The notes below the pieces were generated by a model that was not told the DNA's origin, made no database searches, and saw only the letters and a list, made by a program, of their open reading frames with translations. This document shows, one piece after another, positions 28,884 to 39,892 of a DNA stretch of 64,000 nucleotides. The DNA is from Candidatus Heimdallarchaeota archaeon (GTDB taxonomy: Archaea; Asgardarchaeota; Heimdallarchaeia; JABLTI01). Position numbers and translations under genes: made by a program. The stretch covers positions 397,241 through 461,240 of the forward strand of contig JABCTZ010000036.1 of assembly GCA_018238155.1 (NCBI GenBank). The letters are read 5' to 3'. Every line of letters starts with the position of its first letter. Position 1 is the first letter of the stretch.

Positions 28884-29774
28884 ATGATGACAATTTCTAA
28901 AATAAAAGCGAATGGAATAGAGATTAGAATTCAAGAATTTAGAAATGAAGGAAAAGAAACGATAGTTTTTCTTCATTATGGAGGAGCTACATTAGGGATT
29001 TGGAATGGTGTTATCCCTCAATTTAAAGAAAATTATCGTATTATTGCTCAAGATTTAAGGTGTCATGGTTTTACTGACAAGCCAACAGATAAATGCCACA
29101 TTGATGATATGGCAAAGGATTTAGTAAGTATTCTAGATCAGCTCAAAGTTGAAAAAGCCCATCTGGTAGGAAGTTCAATGGGTGCAGATGTAGCTATTAG
29201 TTTTGCAGCGAATAATCCTGAACGTGTTACATCATTAGTTCTTGATGGTGGTTTGTATGACATTGTAGGACCTGATAGCAAAGAACAGTTGATTACAAAA
29301 GAAGCAATCGAAAAAGCTAGAAATGAATTGAAAGAACGAATTTTGACTCGTCCACGGAAATACTATGAGTCCAAAGAAGAGTATTTGGTTGAAAATAAAG
29401 AAGGTTGGGAAAAATACTTTCCATGGTCAGATGTAGTACGAATTGCAACTGAAGATGAAATAATGGAAACAGAAGATGGAAAGTACACTAATCCTCAGTC
29501 TCCAGAAGAAATTTGGTCCTATATTGAACCTTTGTATGACGTCACTTTTGCTGATTATTATAACAAATTCAATTGTCCAATTCTTTGGTTGCCAGACGAA
29601 AAAGAACGAGATAATGAAATAGTTTTACGAAATCTTAAGAAATATGCTAAAAATAAACGATATACTAAGAAAGTTACTCTCAAGGGTTCAGTACACGCTT
29701 ATACTTGTTTACTTAAGCATGAAGAGTTTAGCAACGAAATTATTCAATTCTATGAAGAAATAAAGGGACTATAA
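28884..29774 (+). CDS. Alpha/beta hydrolase
   Basis: VFLH, DLRCHG, GSSMG, C-terminal His. Confidence 0.88.
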   Translation: MMTISKIKANGIEIRIQEFRNEGKETIVFLHYGGATLGIWNGVIPQFKENYRIIAQDLRCHGFTDKPTDKCHIDDMAKDLVSILDQLKVEKAHLVGSSMGADVAISFAANNPERVTSLVLDGGLYDIVGPDSKEQLITKEAIEKARNELKERILTRPRKYYESKEEYLVENKEGWEKYFPWSDVVRIATEDEIMETEDGKYTNPQSPEEIWSYIEPLYDVTFADYYNKFNCPILWLPDEKERDNEIVLRNLKKYAKNKRYTKKVTLKGSVHAYTCLLKHEEFSNEIIQFYEEIKGL

Positions 29775-29802
29775 AAAAACCCTTTTTCTTTTTTAACTAT
29801 AA

Positions 29803-31401
29803 TCAGATGTCATTATTCAGTGGTACTCGATCAACCATTGAAATCTGCAACTCTGTATTGTAAAGAGTTTTCGCTTTTTCAGGAAAATCAAGAGAATAGT
29901 GAACACCACGGCTTTCCATTCGACCTTTCGCACATCTGATGATGAGTTCAGCTACTTGCGCAAGATTTCTAAGATCAAGAAGAGATGGATGTAATTTGAA
30001 ATCCCAATAGAATTGGTTAATTTCTTTCATAACCATGTCAAGTCTATTGCCTGCTCGAATCAATCTATTATTTGAGCGAACTATTCCAACATAGTTCCAC
30101 ATGAATCTTCTAATCTCTTCCCAGTTTTGTTTAACAATAACCATTTCATCTGGATCTTCAGCCATACCGGGGTCCCAATAAGGAAATGGTTGTTTCTTTG
30201 TTGAATTATTGCTCATCATTAAACTGGCTGCATATTTTGCTGACTTGTCTCCAACTACCAGTCCTTCTAAAAGGGAATTGCTAGCTAATCGGTTCGCCCC
30301 ATTGAATCCTGTGCAAGAAACTTCTCCAATAGCTAAAAGATTTTTTATTGAAGTTTGACCTGAGGTATTAGCTTTAACTCCGCCTATAGAATAGTGAGCT
30401 GCAGGAATAACAGGTATAGGTTGTTCTGTGATATCAAGTCCAAATGATTTGCATTTACCATAAATCATAGGAAATCTCTTTTTAATGAAATCTGAATCTT
30501 TATGCGTGATATCGAGAAAAACGCTATCTGCACCTGAAATCTTTAATACAGTATCAATTGATCGTGAAACAATATCTCTGGGAGCAAGCTCTTTCTTTGG
30601 GTGATATTTCTTCATAAATTGTTTGCCATTCAAATCAATTAGCTTTGCGCCTTCTCCACGCATTGCCTCGGTTATAAGAAATGATTTTGCATGAGGATGA
30701 TATAAACACGTTGGATGAAATTGTACCATTTCCATGTTGATTATTGATGCACCTGCACGATAAGCCATAGCAATACCATCACCAGTACTAATATCGGGGT
30801 TACTTGTAACAAGGAAGACTTTACCTGCTCCACCTGTAGCCAAAGTTGTAACGCTTGCTTGAAAATTAATTATATTACCTTTGTTTTTTTCTAATACATA
30901 AGCGCCAATACAAATGTTATTGTCAACAAACAAATTAATTGCTACGTGATCCTCATAAAATGTTATATTTGGTTCTTTGCGAGCTGCTTCTACCATTTTC
31001 GATTCAATTTCAATACCAGTTCTATCTGCTGCATGGAGAACTCGTCTTTTCGAGTGCCCTCCTTCTAAACCAAGGTCGTAAATTCCTTTCTCTTTCGAGA
31101 ATTTAACATTATAATTATCGATTAATTCTTGAACCAGTTTTGGTCCTGCTAAAACAATTTCTTCAACAATATCTGGTCTGCATAAACCTGCTCCTGCTGA
31201 AAGAGTGTCTTGAATATGTTCTTGGAAAGAATCCTTTTCATCAAATACAGTAGCTATACCTCCTTGAGCATAAAGTGTAGAGCCTTCAGTTATTTTATCT
31301 TTACTAAGTAAAGAAACAGTCCCGTATTTCGCAGCCTTTATTGCGAAAGATAATCCGCTTATACCACTACCAATAACTAAGAAATCCGATGAGATTTTCA
31401 A
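29803..31401 (-). CDS. nadB: L-aspartate oxidase
   Basis: IGSGISGL, YAQGGIA, EGGHSKRRVLH, QFHPT, LAPRDIV, PAAHYSIGG, GANRLASNSLLE, ESRGVH. Confidence 0.93.
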   Translation of the reverse strand: MKISSDFLVIGSGISGLSFAIKAAKYGTVSLLSKDKITEGSTLYAQGGIATVFDEKDSFQEHIQDTLSAGAGLCRPDIVEEIVLAGPKLVQELIDNYNVKFSKEKGIYDLGLEGGHSKRRVLHAADRTGIEIESKMVEAARKEPNITFYEDHVAINLFVDNNICIGAYVLEKNKGNIINFQASVTTLATGGAGKVFLVTSNPDISTGDGIAMAYRAGASIINMEMVQFHPTCLYHPHAKSFLITEAMRGEGAKLIDLNGKQFMKKYHPKKELAPRDIVSRSIDTVLKISGADSVFLDITHKDSDFIKKRFPMIYGKCKSFGLDITEQPIPVIPAAHYSIGGVKANTSGQTSIKNLLAIGEVSCTGFNGANRLASNSLLEGLVVGDKSAKYAASLMMSNNSTKKQPFPYWDPGMAEDPDEMVIVKQNWEEIRRFMWNYVGIVRSNNRLIRAGNRLDMVMKEINQFYWDFKLHPSLLDLRNLAQVAELIIRCAKGRMESRGVHYSLDFPEKAKTLYNTELQISMVDRVPLNNDI

Positions 31402-31467
31402 GCGTAGACCTCAATTATTACAATTGATTATAATGATTAATTTCAAAACATAAATGTTTGTATATAT

Positions 31468-32208
31468 TTATTCTTTTGTAATTTCCACTTTAAGCGGTTC
31501 ATCATTGATGATTGGTGTTTTCGATTTTTTAAGAAGAAACCAAGCACCTATTCCTTGAATGCCAAAGAATATTACTTCTGTATAAACGATTACTTTTTGC
31601 CCTACAACTTGAATTAGCTTTCCAATATCAGTACCAGAGCTTGGCCCTACAAATAAAATAAACAAATATCCTGCTAGAATCAATGTGAAAACAACATAAA
31701 TCCATGCATAGACATTTGGATAATTCTTCTCAAGAAAAATTCCTACACTATATAATGTCGTTGTGAGTATTGATGCAGAGAAAGCTGTATATACTGCATA
31801 TGTGTGAGCATCACCAAATAAATCATATGGCAGAAAACCAATTAATGCATAAGCAATCGCTGTTAGAAGTCCGTTTATTGTTCCAATAATAATCAACCAT
31901 TTCGCTACTTTGCTTTCAGTGAAGAAAGTTGGTAAAGTAATAAAATATAATGTTAAAGATATAGCAACAACTGTTAAAGCAACGGTAAATAATACTCTTG
32001 AGGTAATATTTGTTTCACCAAGAAATGTTTGTGCTCTTCCCAAATCACTAAAGTAATTCTCAAGAAAAAAATAACTGGTGGCTGTTTGATTAGCAAAAGT
32101 TCCTCCAGGATAGATGATCATAGCTATTCCTGTTAAGATTACAAATAGAAGGCAACCACAAAATGCTGTTAGTAAGAACGCTTCTTTGACTTTTATGGGG
32201 AAATTCAC
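31468..32208 (-). CDS. Multi-pass membrane protein (DUF998-like)
   Basis: YPGG...NYFSDLG motif with about 6 TM segments. Confidence 0.65.
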   Translation of the reverse strand: MNFPIKVKEAFLLTAFCGCLLFVILTGIAMIIYPGGTFANQTATSYFFLENYFSDLGRAQTFLGETNITSRVLFTVALTVVAISLTLYFITLPTFFTESKVAKWLIIIGTINGLLTAIAYALIGFLPYDLFGDAHTYAVYTAFSASILTTTLYSVGIFLEKNYPNVYAWIYVVFTLILAGYLFILFVGPSSGTDIGKLIQVVGQKVIVYTEVIFFGIQGIGAWFLLKKSKTPIINDEPLKVEITKE

Positions 32209-32365
32209 AATAAATCACTATTTGGTTATAAATAAATTTTCTACGATTTACCGCTTTTTTAATTTGTGTAAAGATTTCTATTATTGTTCTGAGAAAAATT
32301 TCTTTATTAATAGAATTAACAACTTTGAGAGAGAAGTATTTTTTAGATTGAACCTAACGTGCTAT

Positions 32366-32488
32366 TAAATGAAAGGCGGAATTAGAAATTTAGAAGTAAT
32401 ACGTGCGTGGAAACGCTCAGTAGAGTCGTCCCACGCAAACAGGAGATAGTCATTTATTAAATAGCGTGATAATGGCATTTTCACGCTA
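32366..32488. ncRNA. Candidate structured non-coding element (GC-rich hairpins plus AGGAGA)
   Basis: Stems TGCGTGG/CCACGCA (32404-32437, with inner pairing), TAGCGTGA/TCACGCTA (32462-32488) and closing TAAATGA/TCATTTA; TATA-like box on the minus strand at 32521-32531. Confidence 0.4.
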
Positions 32489-32644
32489 ACAGTAAATACG
32501 CTTTCTTAGTATATTAATGTCTTTATATTATACGGTTACCAATGCGTAAAAGAAATTTCTTATTTACAAATAAAAATGAAGTCTTAAAAAAATAATACTA
32601 AATTAGATTTTTTTAAAAAAAAGAAATTTGTCTAGGAAATTGAA

Positions 32645-32986
32645 CTATTTAACTTTCAATAATTCAACTTCGAAGATAAGAGTCGAATTTGGTGGAATCA
32701 GTCCATTCCCTACATTACGATTTCCATAAGCTAGTTGAGGAGGAATGGTTAATTTTCTTTTACCACCAACTTTCATTGTGATAACTCCTTGATCCCATCC
32801 TTTAATTACTTGACCAACTCCAATTTGAAATTCTAGAGGTTCCTTACGGTCAACTGAGCTATCAAATTTCTTACCATTTGTTAACCAACCTGTATAATGT
32901 ACTGAGATCTTATCTCCTTTTTTTGGGATTGGACCTGTACCTTCTTTGATCTCTTCGATTTGTAAATCTGTCATTAATTCTACCAC
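32645..32986 (-). CDS. FKBP-type peptidyl-prolyl isomerase
   Basis: VHYTGWL..GKKFDSS, GQVIKGWD, IPPQLAYG, IPPNSTLIFEVEL. Confidence 0.97.
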   Translation of the reverse strand: MVELMTDLQIEEIKEGTGPIPKKGDKISVHYTGWLTNGKKFDSSVDRKEPLEFQIGVGQVIKGWDQGVITMKVGGKRKLTIPPQLAYGNRNVGNGLIPPNSTLIFEVELLKVK

Positions 32987-33130
32987 TCAGAATTTGTTGT
33001 CTATTATTAGAGTATGATACTGTGCTATAAAATAGTTTGTAAAGTAGATTATGAATTACTAGAAAAAAACTCCCTCAAATTATTAACGTATATTTATAAG
33101 TACTAAAGAATCAATTTATCTTGGATTTCA

Positions 33131-34507
33131 ATGAAGTTAATGAAAACGATTTCTAAAAAGGGTATTAGAAAATTTTTTGTAATTTTACTTTTTATAAGTG
33201 TTATACTACCAAATAATATTAATCGAATTAAAGCTGTTGACTCTCCAGTGTTAATCTCACCTGCTGATGGTGAGCATACCACTGATTCGACACCAACATT
33301 TGATTGGGGAGATATTAGTGGAGCAACCGTTTATAATTTAGAAGTTGTTACAGATATTGGTTTCATCAGTGCAGTAATAAATATCACAACACCTTCAAGT
33401 ACGTTTACTCCGGCATCAAATATTTCAGATGATACTTACTACTGGCGTGTTCGTGCAACTGATGATGGGGTAAATTGGAGCTCTTGGAGTTCTATCTGGA
33501 CAATAGTGGTCGATACAATTGCTCCAGAGCAAATAAATTTAATTTCACCAGTGGATGGTTTAATCACCAGCAATGATAGACCAACTTTTAGTTGGAGTTC
33601 AATAAGTGATTCATACAGATATCAATTACAAGTTATTCGAGATACAGGTAATATTGCAACCTATACCTTAATCCCAAACTCGCAGCAATCAAGTATCCTA
33701 TCTGATTCCACTTATACTTGGCGTGTTCGAGCATCAGATGAAGCAGGTAATTGGGGTATTTGGAGTCTTAATAGAACAATTATTATTGATACAACTAACC
33801 CAACAATAACGAATGTATCTCATGAACCAACCTCACCAACTATTCATGATACTGTGACAATTTCTTGTACGGTAACTGATGTTGTTGGTATTAATGAAAT
33901 TAACCTAGTTTATTTGATAAATTACGGCACGCCTGTTGAATTAGAAATGACTTGCGTTTCTGACGATCAATATTCTGTTGATATAGGTCCTTTTGTAATT
34001 GATGACTTTATAATGTATGCTTTTGAAGCATATGATAATGCATCTAATAGAGTTGTAGATGATAATGATGATAAATTTTACAACTTTACTGTAACAGATG
34101 ATTTAACTGGACCTGTAATTGAGAATATCGTTCAAACAGAGGATATTAAAGCAGGTATGCCAGTAAGCATCAATTGTACCGTCTCTGATATAAGTGGAGT
34201 TCAATCCGTAGTAATCTGTTATAGACTAAATAATGGATCCTGGTTCATGCAAGGAATGCTAGTGCTCTCTGGAACTTTATATGGAACAACAATAGGACCA
34301 TTTGAAGCTGGTGACATAGTTGATTACTATATTCTGGCAAAGGATAATTCAACAAAAAACAATAGTGCTGTAAATGATAACAGTGGCTCATATTATAATT
34401 TCACATTAGATTCAATACCAACTCCTACATTTATTACACCATTATGCTATGTCATCCCAATATTGTTTATTTTGGGATTAATCAATGTAGGAAGGAAAAG
34501 GAGATAA
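33131..34507 (+). CDS. Surface glycoprotein with FN3/Ig-like repeats and C-terminal membrane anchor
   Basis: Signal peptide; two P.LISP.DG...Y.WRVRA.D repeats; two Ig-like repeats; many NxS/T sequons; TM followed by RKRR. Confidence 0.85.
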   Translation: MKLMKTISKKGIRKFFVILLFISVILPNNINRIKAVDSPVLISPADGEHTTDSTPTFDWGDISGATVYNLEVVTDIGFISAVINITTPSSTFTPASNISDDTYYWRVRATDDGVNWSSWSSIWTIVVDTIAPEQINLISPVDGLITSNDRPTFSWSSISDSYRYQLQVIRDTGNIATYTLIPNSQQSSILSDSTYTWRVRASDEAGNWGIWSLNRTIIIDTTNPTITNVSHEPTSPTIHDTVTISCTVTDVVGINEINLVYLINYGTPVELEMTCVSDDQYSVDIGPFVIDDFIMYAFEAYDNASNRVVDDNDDKFYNFTVTDDLTGPVIENIVQTEDIKAGMPVSINCTVSDISGVQSVVICYRLNNGSWFMQGMLVLSGTLYGTTIGPFEAGDIVDYYILAKDNSTKNNSAVNDNSGSYYNFTLDSIPTPTFITPLCYVIPILFILGLINVGRKRR

Positions 34508-34514
34508 TCCTTTT

Positions 34515-35837
34515 CTATTCTTTTTCATCTTTTTTTTGTTTTGCTAGTCTTTTCTTTACAATTTTACTTTGAATCAATGGTATTAATCCGGCAATTGGAT
34601 ATGCAGTCATAGCTATTGGAAAGAGAATGGTTCCTAAAGAAGCAAATGCCAATCCTCCTATGAGTGTACCTGTTGCACGCATGCCACGTTGTCCTGTTTG
34701 TAATATGCCCAAAGTTTTACCTCGATGTTTCGGTGCAATCCATTCATACATAAAGCTATTCCAAGCAGCACTAGGACACATAGCAAAAAATGCTCGAATA
34801 ATATAGAATATTGCAGCAACATAGAAAGTATTTGCAAGCATAATACCAACAGCAGCAGGAATAACTAATGCCCAAGATATAACAATAATAATTTCTTTAC
34901 CTATTTTTTCTGCAAATAACCCCATTAAAATGTACCCGAACGTAAGAACGATCCAAAAGATGCAATTCAACCAACCCCACATTTCTGTTGCATTGATATA
35001 ATTATCTGTTAAAAATTCAGCATAAATATACCACCCAACAAAAGGTATTGCCACACCACTTGTAAAACCCATGAGCATTCTTCCAAGACCAAAACTGACT
35101 TGCACACCTAAAATTGACTTTTTGTCTTCTTTTTTATCTGAAAATTGTGTAAACTCATCTTGGCTATCTTTAGATAATTTTTCAGCATATTCTATTTCTG
35201 CTTTTGGAGTCTCTTCTACAACTAATTTCAAAGTGAAAACTAGAATTAAGGCTACAACCGCAAATCCAGCCATTATTGTAAAAGCCCAATCAAAATTTAA
35301 TCCCGGTATTGTTAACATATACATAGAAATAATTGGTGCTAAAGCATTAGCAATTCCTCTTGTTGTTTGATTTGCTGTAAAACCTCTAGTACGATCTTGC
35401 CCTTTTTTGGTTTCATTGGCTATGAACGTATTCGTTGAAATCATCATCAATTGTTGACCAATTGCAAAGAGTCCATAGAAGACAATTGATAACGCCAAAA
35501 TTGAGACTCGAGTAAAAACAACTGCAGATACAATAGTGCATATTAAACCTACAACCATTGTAGTACGCTTAAACTGTATGTCAACAACAATACCAAGAAG
35601 AAATACAACTGCCATAGATGCGTATCCTCCAATAGCGAGGATCAATCCATATTCATAGTCTGTCCAATTCATGATATCTTCTGCAAAAGGTATCAATAGA
35701 ACTCGGAACCCTTCACCAAAAATTCTATAGAAGAAATTAACTATTAAAATATTAATTAAAATCCCTTTATGTGTTCCATTACCATTTAACCTAGAATATA
35801 GATTCTCTTTCTTAGGTTTGGAACTTCGCTCAGACAT
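34515..35837 (-). CDS. MFS transporter
   Basis: About 12 TM segments; GLFAEKIGKE motif; central hydrophilic loop. Confidence 0.85.
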   Translation of the reverse strand: MSERSSKPKKENLYSRLNGNGTHKGILINILIVNFFYRIFGEGFRVLLIPFAEDIMNWTDYEYGLILAIGGYASMAVVFLLGIVVDIQFKRTTMVVGLICTIVSAVVFTRVSILALSIVFYGLFAIGQQLMMISTNTFIANETKKGQDRTRGFTANQTTRGIANALAPIISMYMLTIPGLNFDWAFTIMAGFAVVALILVFTLKLVVEETPKAEIEYAEKLSKDSQDEFTQFSDKKEDKKSILGVQVSFGLGRMLMGFTSGVAIPFVGWYIYAEFLTDNYINATEMWGWLNCIFWIVLTFGYILMGLFAEKIGKEIIIVISWALVIPAAVGIMLANTFYVAAIFYIIRAFFAMCPSAAWNSFMYEWIAPKHRGKTLGILQTGQRGMRATGTLIGGLAFASLGTILFPIAMTAYPIAGLIPLIQSKIVKKRLAKQKKDEKE

Positions 35838-35938
35838 AGATTTCGTTAAACATTCAATGGATTTTTAATGTTTTGGTATGGTTTAATAAATTGGCTAAAA
35901 AATAGAAATTAAGATGGATGCTACCATCTCAAAAAAAG

Positions 35939-37066
35939 TTATATTTTAGTGAAAGAATCAATTGTTTTTTGATCTAATTTTTTGATTACTTCGATAAGAA
36001 GTAGTATGCATTTCTCTACATCTGCAAGATCTAAAATACCGTTGTGAGAATGGATGTGTCTTGTTGGAATACCTATTGCTAAACTTGGTGCACCTATACC
36101 CGTAAGGTGGATTACACCTGCATCTGTTCCTCCTCTGGCTATCATTGATAATTGAGTGTCGATTCCATGTTTCTTTGCAATATCTAAAACAAAATGTTTT
36201 AAACGCGGATTTGGAAGCATTGAACTATCAGCTGTAAGTATAGATGGTCCTTTGGACATTTCTGCAGGAGTACGCATTTTATTCACTCCGGGAACATCTC
36301 CTGAAATATCGACATCTAATGCAAAACCAATATCTGGTTGGATTAAATGAGCCGAGGTTCGAGCGCCACGAAGACCAACTTCTTCTTGGGTTGTAGCAAC
36401 ACCAAATAGTTGGTTTGGATGAGCAATATTTCCTTCTTTCAAACGTTTTAATACTTCAGCAATTATTATTACTCCAATACGGTCATCAAAAGCTTTACCA
36501 AAAGCTAAAGTTACTTTCTTTTCTTCTACTTTGCCACTTTCTTCATTCTTAATTAGTTGTGTTCTTTTAACAAGCTCGAAAGGGCTGTCTGGAATCATTG
36601 GATCCCCAATTTGGATGCCTAATGCTTCGGCTTCTTTTTTACTCTTACAACCTATATCGATGAACATATCTTCTTTTGACACTACTTTGTTTCTTTCTTC
36701 TGGTTTTAGAATGTGGGGTGGTTTAGAACTAATGATACCTTTAATTTTTGTTCCATCTCTTATTTGTAAAATCACTCTTTGTCCTAGTAAGACTTGATCC
36801 CACCATCCGCCTAACGGATTAAATGCTATGAAGCCATCTTTGCTTATACCTGCAACAATGAAACCAATTTCATCCATATGTCCTGCAAGCATAATTTTCG
36901 GTCCTTTATTTCCTTTCTTGAAAATTATCGAACCCGTTCGATCTTGAATAACCTCATCAGCAAATGGGCTAATATATTTTTTAACCATTTTAGCAATTTC
37001 TCGCTCAAAGCCAGATGGACCAAAAGCATTAGTCCATTTCTCAATAGTTTCAACGTCTAGTTTCAA
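35939..37066 (-). CDS. M42 (TET) aminopeptidase
   Basis: GPSGFE, GHMDEIG, KAFDDRIG, QEEVGLRGA, GGTDAG, RHIHS. Confidence 0.95.
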   Translation of the reverse strand: MKLDVETIEKWTNAFGPSGFEREIAKMVKKYISPFADEVIQDRTGSIIFKKGNKGPKIMLAGHMDEIGFIVAGISKDGFIAFNPLGGWWDQVLLGQRVILQIRDGTKIKGIISSKPPHILKPEERNKVVSKEDMFIDIGCKSKKEAEALGIQIGDPMIPDSPFELVKRTQLIKNEESGKVEEKKVTLAFGKAFDDRIGVIIIAEVLKRLKEGNIAHPNQLFGVATTQEEVGLRGARTSAHLIQPDIGFALDVDISGDVPGVNKMRTPAEMSKGPSILTADSSMLPNPRLKHFVLDIAKKHGIDTQLSMIARGGTDAGVIHLTGIGAPSLAIGIPTRHIHSHNGILDLADVEKCILLLIEVIKKLDQKTIDSFTKI

Positions 37067-37241
37067 TGAAAGTCACCTTTTTTTTTATGTACAACTACAA
37101 CTGTCATCCTTTTAAAAATTTATTGAATGTTCAAAATTTTTTTATCGTTTTATTTTATAGTTTTAAAGAGTAAAAATTCCTGTTGCTTCTTTATGTAAGC
37201 TTAAAAAGTAATATATTTATGAAAGACTAAGAGTTCTTGCA

Positions 37242-39365
37242 ATGCAGAAATTATTTGATACCTTCATAAATCGATTGCCGATGGATACACGAGATAGGTT
37301 AAGAGCAGCAATTTCTCATCAAAATGAACAAAATCCAAATGATCGATTGCAGAAAGGAACTATTGTTGTTTTAGATGAAGTATTAAACAATCAGCAAGAG
37401 CTTGAGATGCTTCTCAATATGAACATTGATCTATCTAAAAAAGGGCTCTTTTCAAGAATAAAAGAAAGGAAAAAATCTCAACAGAAAAAAGTTTTTATCA
37501 AATCTGAATTAGTCGCTACAAAACAAATAGCTTTTCAAATTGCTTCCCTGAGTTGTTATTTAACTCAAAAAATGAAAACAACAGAAGAATACAAAGCGCT
37601 GCTAAAACAAATTGGACATCCATATATTGATATGTTTCTTAGCTATTTCAATGAAAATCCAAGTAATTATAAAGAAACTCGAGAGACTGTAGAAGAGCTC
37701 TCAAAGGTTATTGAGGTACGAAATGATTTTACACTGGAGATGAAAGCATTTGTGGTAGCACTTCGTACTTGGGTTTATGGACAACAAGGAAATGTAGCAA
37801 TTCTGAAAGAGGGATTCAATTACATCAATACTCGCTTGCCACAAGTTGAAAATATTATTGAAAGTCGTGGATTAGAAGATGCCTCTACAAATTGTATTTG
37901 GTGGATGCTCCATTCTGGTGTTGAAGCAAATATTAAGGAAATGATTGATTTTATTGAACCTTATATTCTAAAAAATAGGCTCTATCAATCTTATACTGAT
38001 CTTTTAAATTTGAAGGGCGCTATTGCAACTTATTTTGGTAAAAATGAAGAAGGGATAGAATGTTTTGAAGATTTAATGAAAGAATATGAAAACGTTCACG
38101 ATAATTATCGTCTTTCAATTGCTATTGGTAATCTTGCAGAAACATATTTTGAAACGGGGAAAATTGTTCAAGCTAAAGATATGATGGAAAGAGCAATCAA
38201 ACTCTATAAAGAATCAACAGGTGAATGGCCTTATCTCTATTTAACAGAGATAGGAAATATTTACTATGTTATTGGAGACCCCAGGGCGGAAGAATCTTTC
38301 CTACATGCTTATGAAATTCAGCGAAAAGAAAAGTCTATGTTTAAAGCATTCATAATGTTTGAGTTAATACATTACTATTTGCGGTCCGAAAAAATTGAAA
38401 AAGCTCAACAATATATTGGTGAATTACAAGCTTTAGCTAAAGAGCTGGAGATTCTTTCAGTTAATGCTCAATTAACTTATCTTTTTGGCTATTCTGAGTT
38501 GCTAAATCAAAATTTCTCAAGTGCAATTAAAAATTTCCAGCAAGCATTAGCATTAGCTAACCAATCTAAGGATTATGGATTAATCCTCTCGAGTAATATT
38601 CAGCTTACTGCAGTTTATCTTCAAAAATATCGCTTAAAAACAGAAAATACAACATTAAACCTCGCACTTAATCACATTGAGATAGCTATCAAATTGGCAC
38701 AAGAAAATCAACATAATCAAATTTTAGCTATTGGTCTAACTATTAGAAGTGTTTTACAAGCAGCAAAAGGTGTATACAAAGAAGCACAAGATGACTTGGA
38801 TCAAGCAAAAAAAATAATGAATGAAATTGATTATGGTGTTTGGAAGCAAAAATTGACTAACATCGAACAAGGAATTGCTGAAGCAAAAAATGAGGGGCAA
38901 TTGGTTCTTGACACAGATAGTTTATTTAAACTTATATCCCCACAATTAAAGTCCATTCTTTCTTTCAAATTAATGGACCGGAAACAGATTGAATCGGAAA
39001 TTATCGGTTTGTTGATTATTTCAGAAAGTGGTGTGCCAATACTTTCAAAATTACGAGAAAGTGTGAAAACAAATCAACTAATTCTTTCAGGATTACTTAC
39101 AGCTATTAATCATCTTTCTGAAAGTATAATTGAAGGACAAGATAAAGGACGACTGCGTGAAATACTATACGATGAGTTTTGGATTGCTGTTCAACCGATC
39201 AAAAATGGTTTAGTAGCAGTAATAGCAACTGAAGCAACTGCTGAAATCAGGTTATGGGCAAATGTTATTGCAGATCGTGTGGTGGAAGTACCAATTGTTA
39301 TTTCTGAGTTCACAACACAATTAGAGAACAAGATCAAGGACCTTCTAACTCAAATGAATATATAG
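37242..39365 (+). CDS. TPR-repeat protein with C-terminal longin/roadblock-like domain
   Basis: TPR-like GNLAETYFETGK..QAK; C-terminus GLLIISESGVPI...LILSGLLTAI...LVAVIA. Confidence 0.75.
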   Translation: MQKLFDTFINRLPMDTRDRLRAAISHQNEQNPNDRLQKGTIVVLDEVLNNQQELEMLLNMNIDLSKKGLFSRIKERKKSQQKKVFIKSELVATKQIAFQIASLSCYLTQKMKTTEEYKALLKQIGHPYIDMFLSYFNENPSNYKETRETVEELSKVIEVRNDFTLEMKAFVVALRTWVYGQQGNVAILKEGFNYINTRLPQVENIIESRGLEDASTNCIWWMLHSGVEANIKEMIDFIEPYILKNRLYQSYTDLLNLKGAIATYFGKNEEGIECFEDLMKEYENVHDNYRLSIAIGNLAETYFETGKIVQAKDMMERAIKLYKESTGEWPYLYLTEIGNIYYVIGDPRAEESFLHAYEIQRKEKSMFKAFIMFELIHYYLRSEKIEKAQQYIGELQALAKELEILSVNAQLTYLFGYSELLNQNFSSAIKNFQQALALANQSKDYGLILSSNIQLTAVYLQKYRLKTENTTLNLALNHIEIAIKLAQENQHNQILAIGLTIRSVLQAAKGVYKEAQDDLDQAKKIMNEIDYGVWKQKLTNIEQGIAEAKNEGQLVLDTDSLFKLISPQLKSILSFKLMDRKQIESEIIGLLIISESGVPILSKLRESVKTNQLILSGLLTAINHLSESIIEGQDKGRLREILYDEFWIAVQPIKNGLVAVIATEATAEIRLWANVIADRVVEVPIVISEFTTQLENKIKDLLTQMNI

Positions 39366-39389
39366 TGATAGAGAATCTTATTTATTGAA

Positions 39390-39839
39390 TTGATTCTCTT
39401 AGAAATTATTATGATTAGAAAAGCAACAAAAGAAGATATTCCTGCTTTGATCTCTCTCTGGGAAAAAACTGACTTACGAATGAAGTCGAAAGGACGTGAT
39501 AACCCCGGAAATCTTGAAAAGCAAATGTTGCAACCTCACATGTGGATTTTCGTTGCAGAGGACAATTCTAAAGATATTGTTGGTGCAGTCATTGTTACAA
39601 ATGATTCACGAAAAGGTTGGATAAATAGATTGGCAGTCAATCCTCAACAAAGGAGAAAAGGGATTGCAAAAAAACTTCTAGCTGCATCAGAGAAGTCCTT
39701 GATTGAAATAGGCATTACTGTTTTTTCTGCTTTAATTGAAATCAATAATACTGCTTCAGCAAAACTCTTTGAAGATACAGGATACAATCACATAGAAGGT
39801 GTAACCTATTTTGCAAAAAAAATACTTCCTGACGATTGA
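39390..39839 (+). CDS. GNAT acetyltransferase
   Basis: LAVNPQQRRKGIA and N..S..LFE..GY motifs. Confidence 0.92.
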   Translation: MILLEIIMIRKATKEDIPALISLWEKTDLRMKSKGRDNPGNLEKQMLQPHMWIFVAEDNSKDIVGAVIVTNDSRKGWINRLAVNPQQRRKGIAKKLLAASEKSLIEIGITVFSALIEINNTASAKLFEDTGYNHIEGVTYFAKKILPDD

Positions 39840-39892
39840 AAAAAATAAATTTTGGCTTCAAAATTGTTTTATTGAAACCAAAAGAATCTAGA

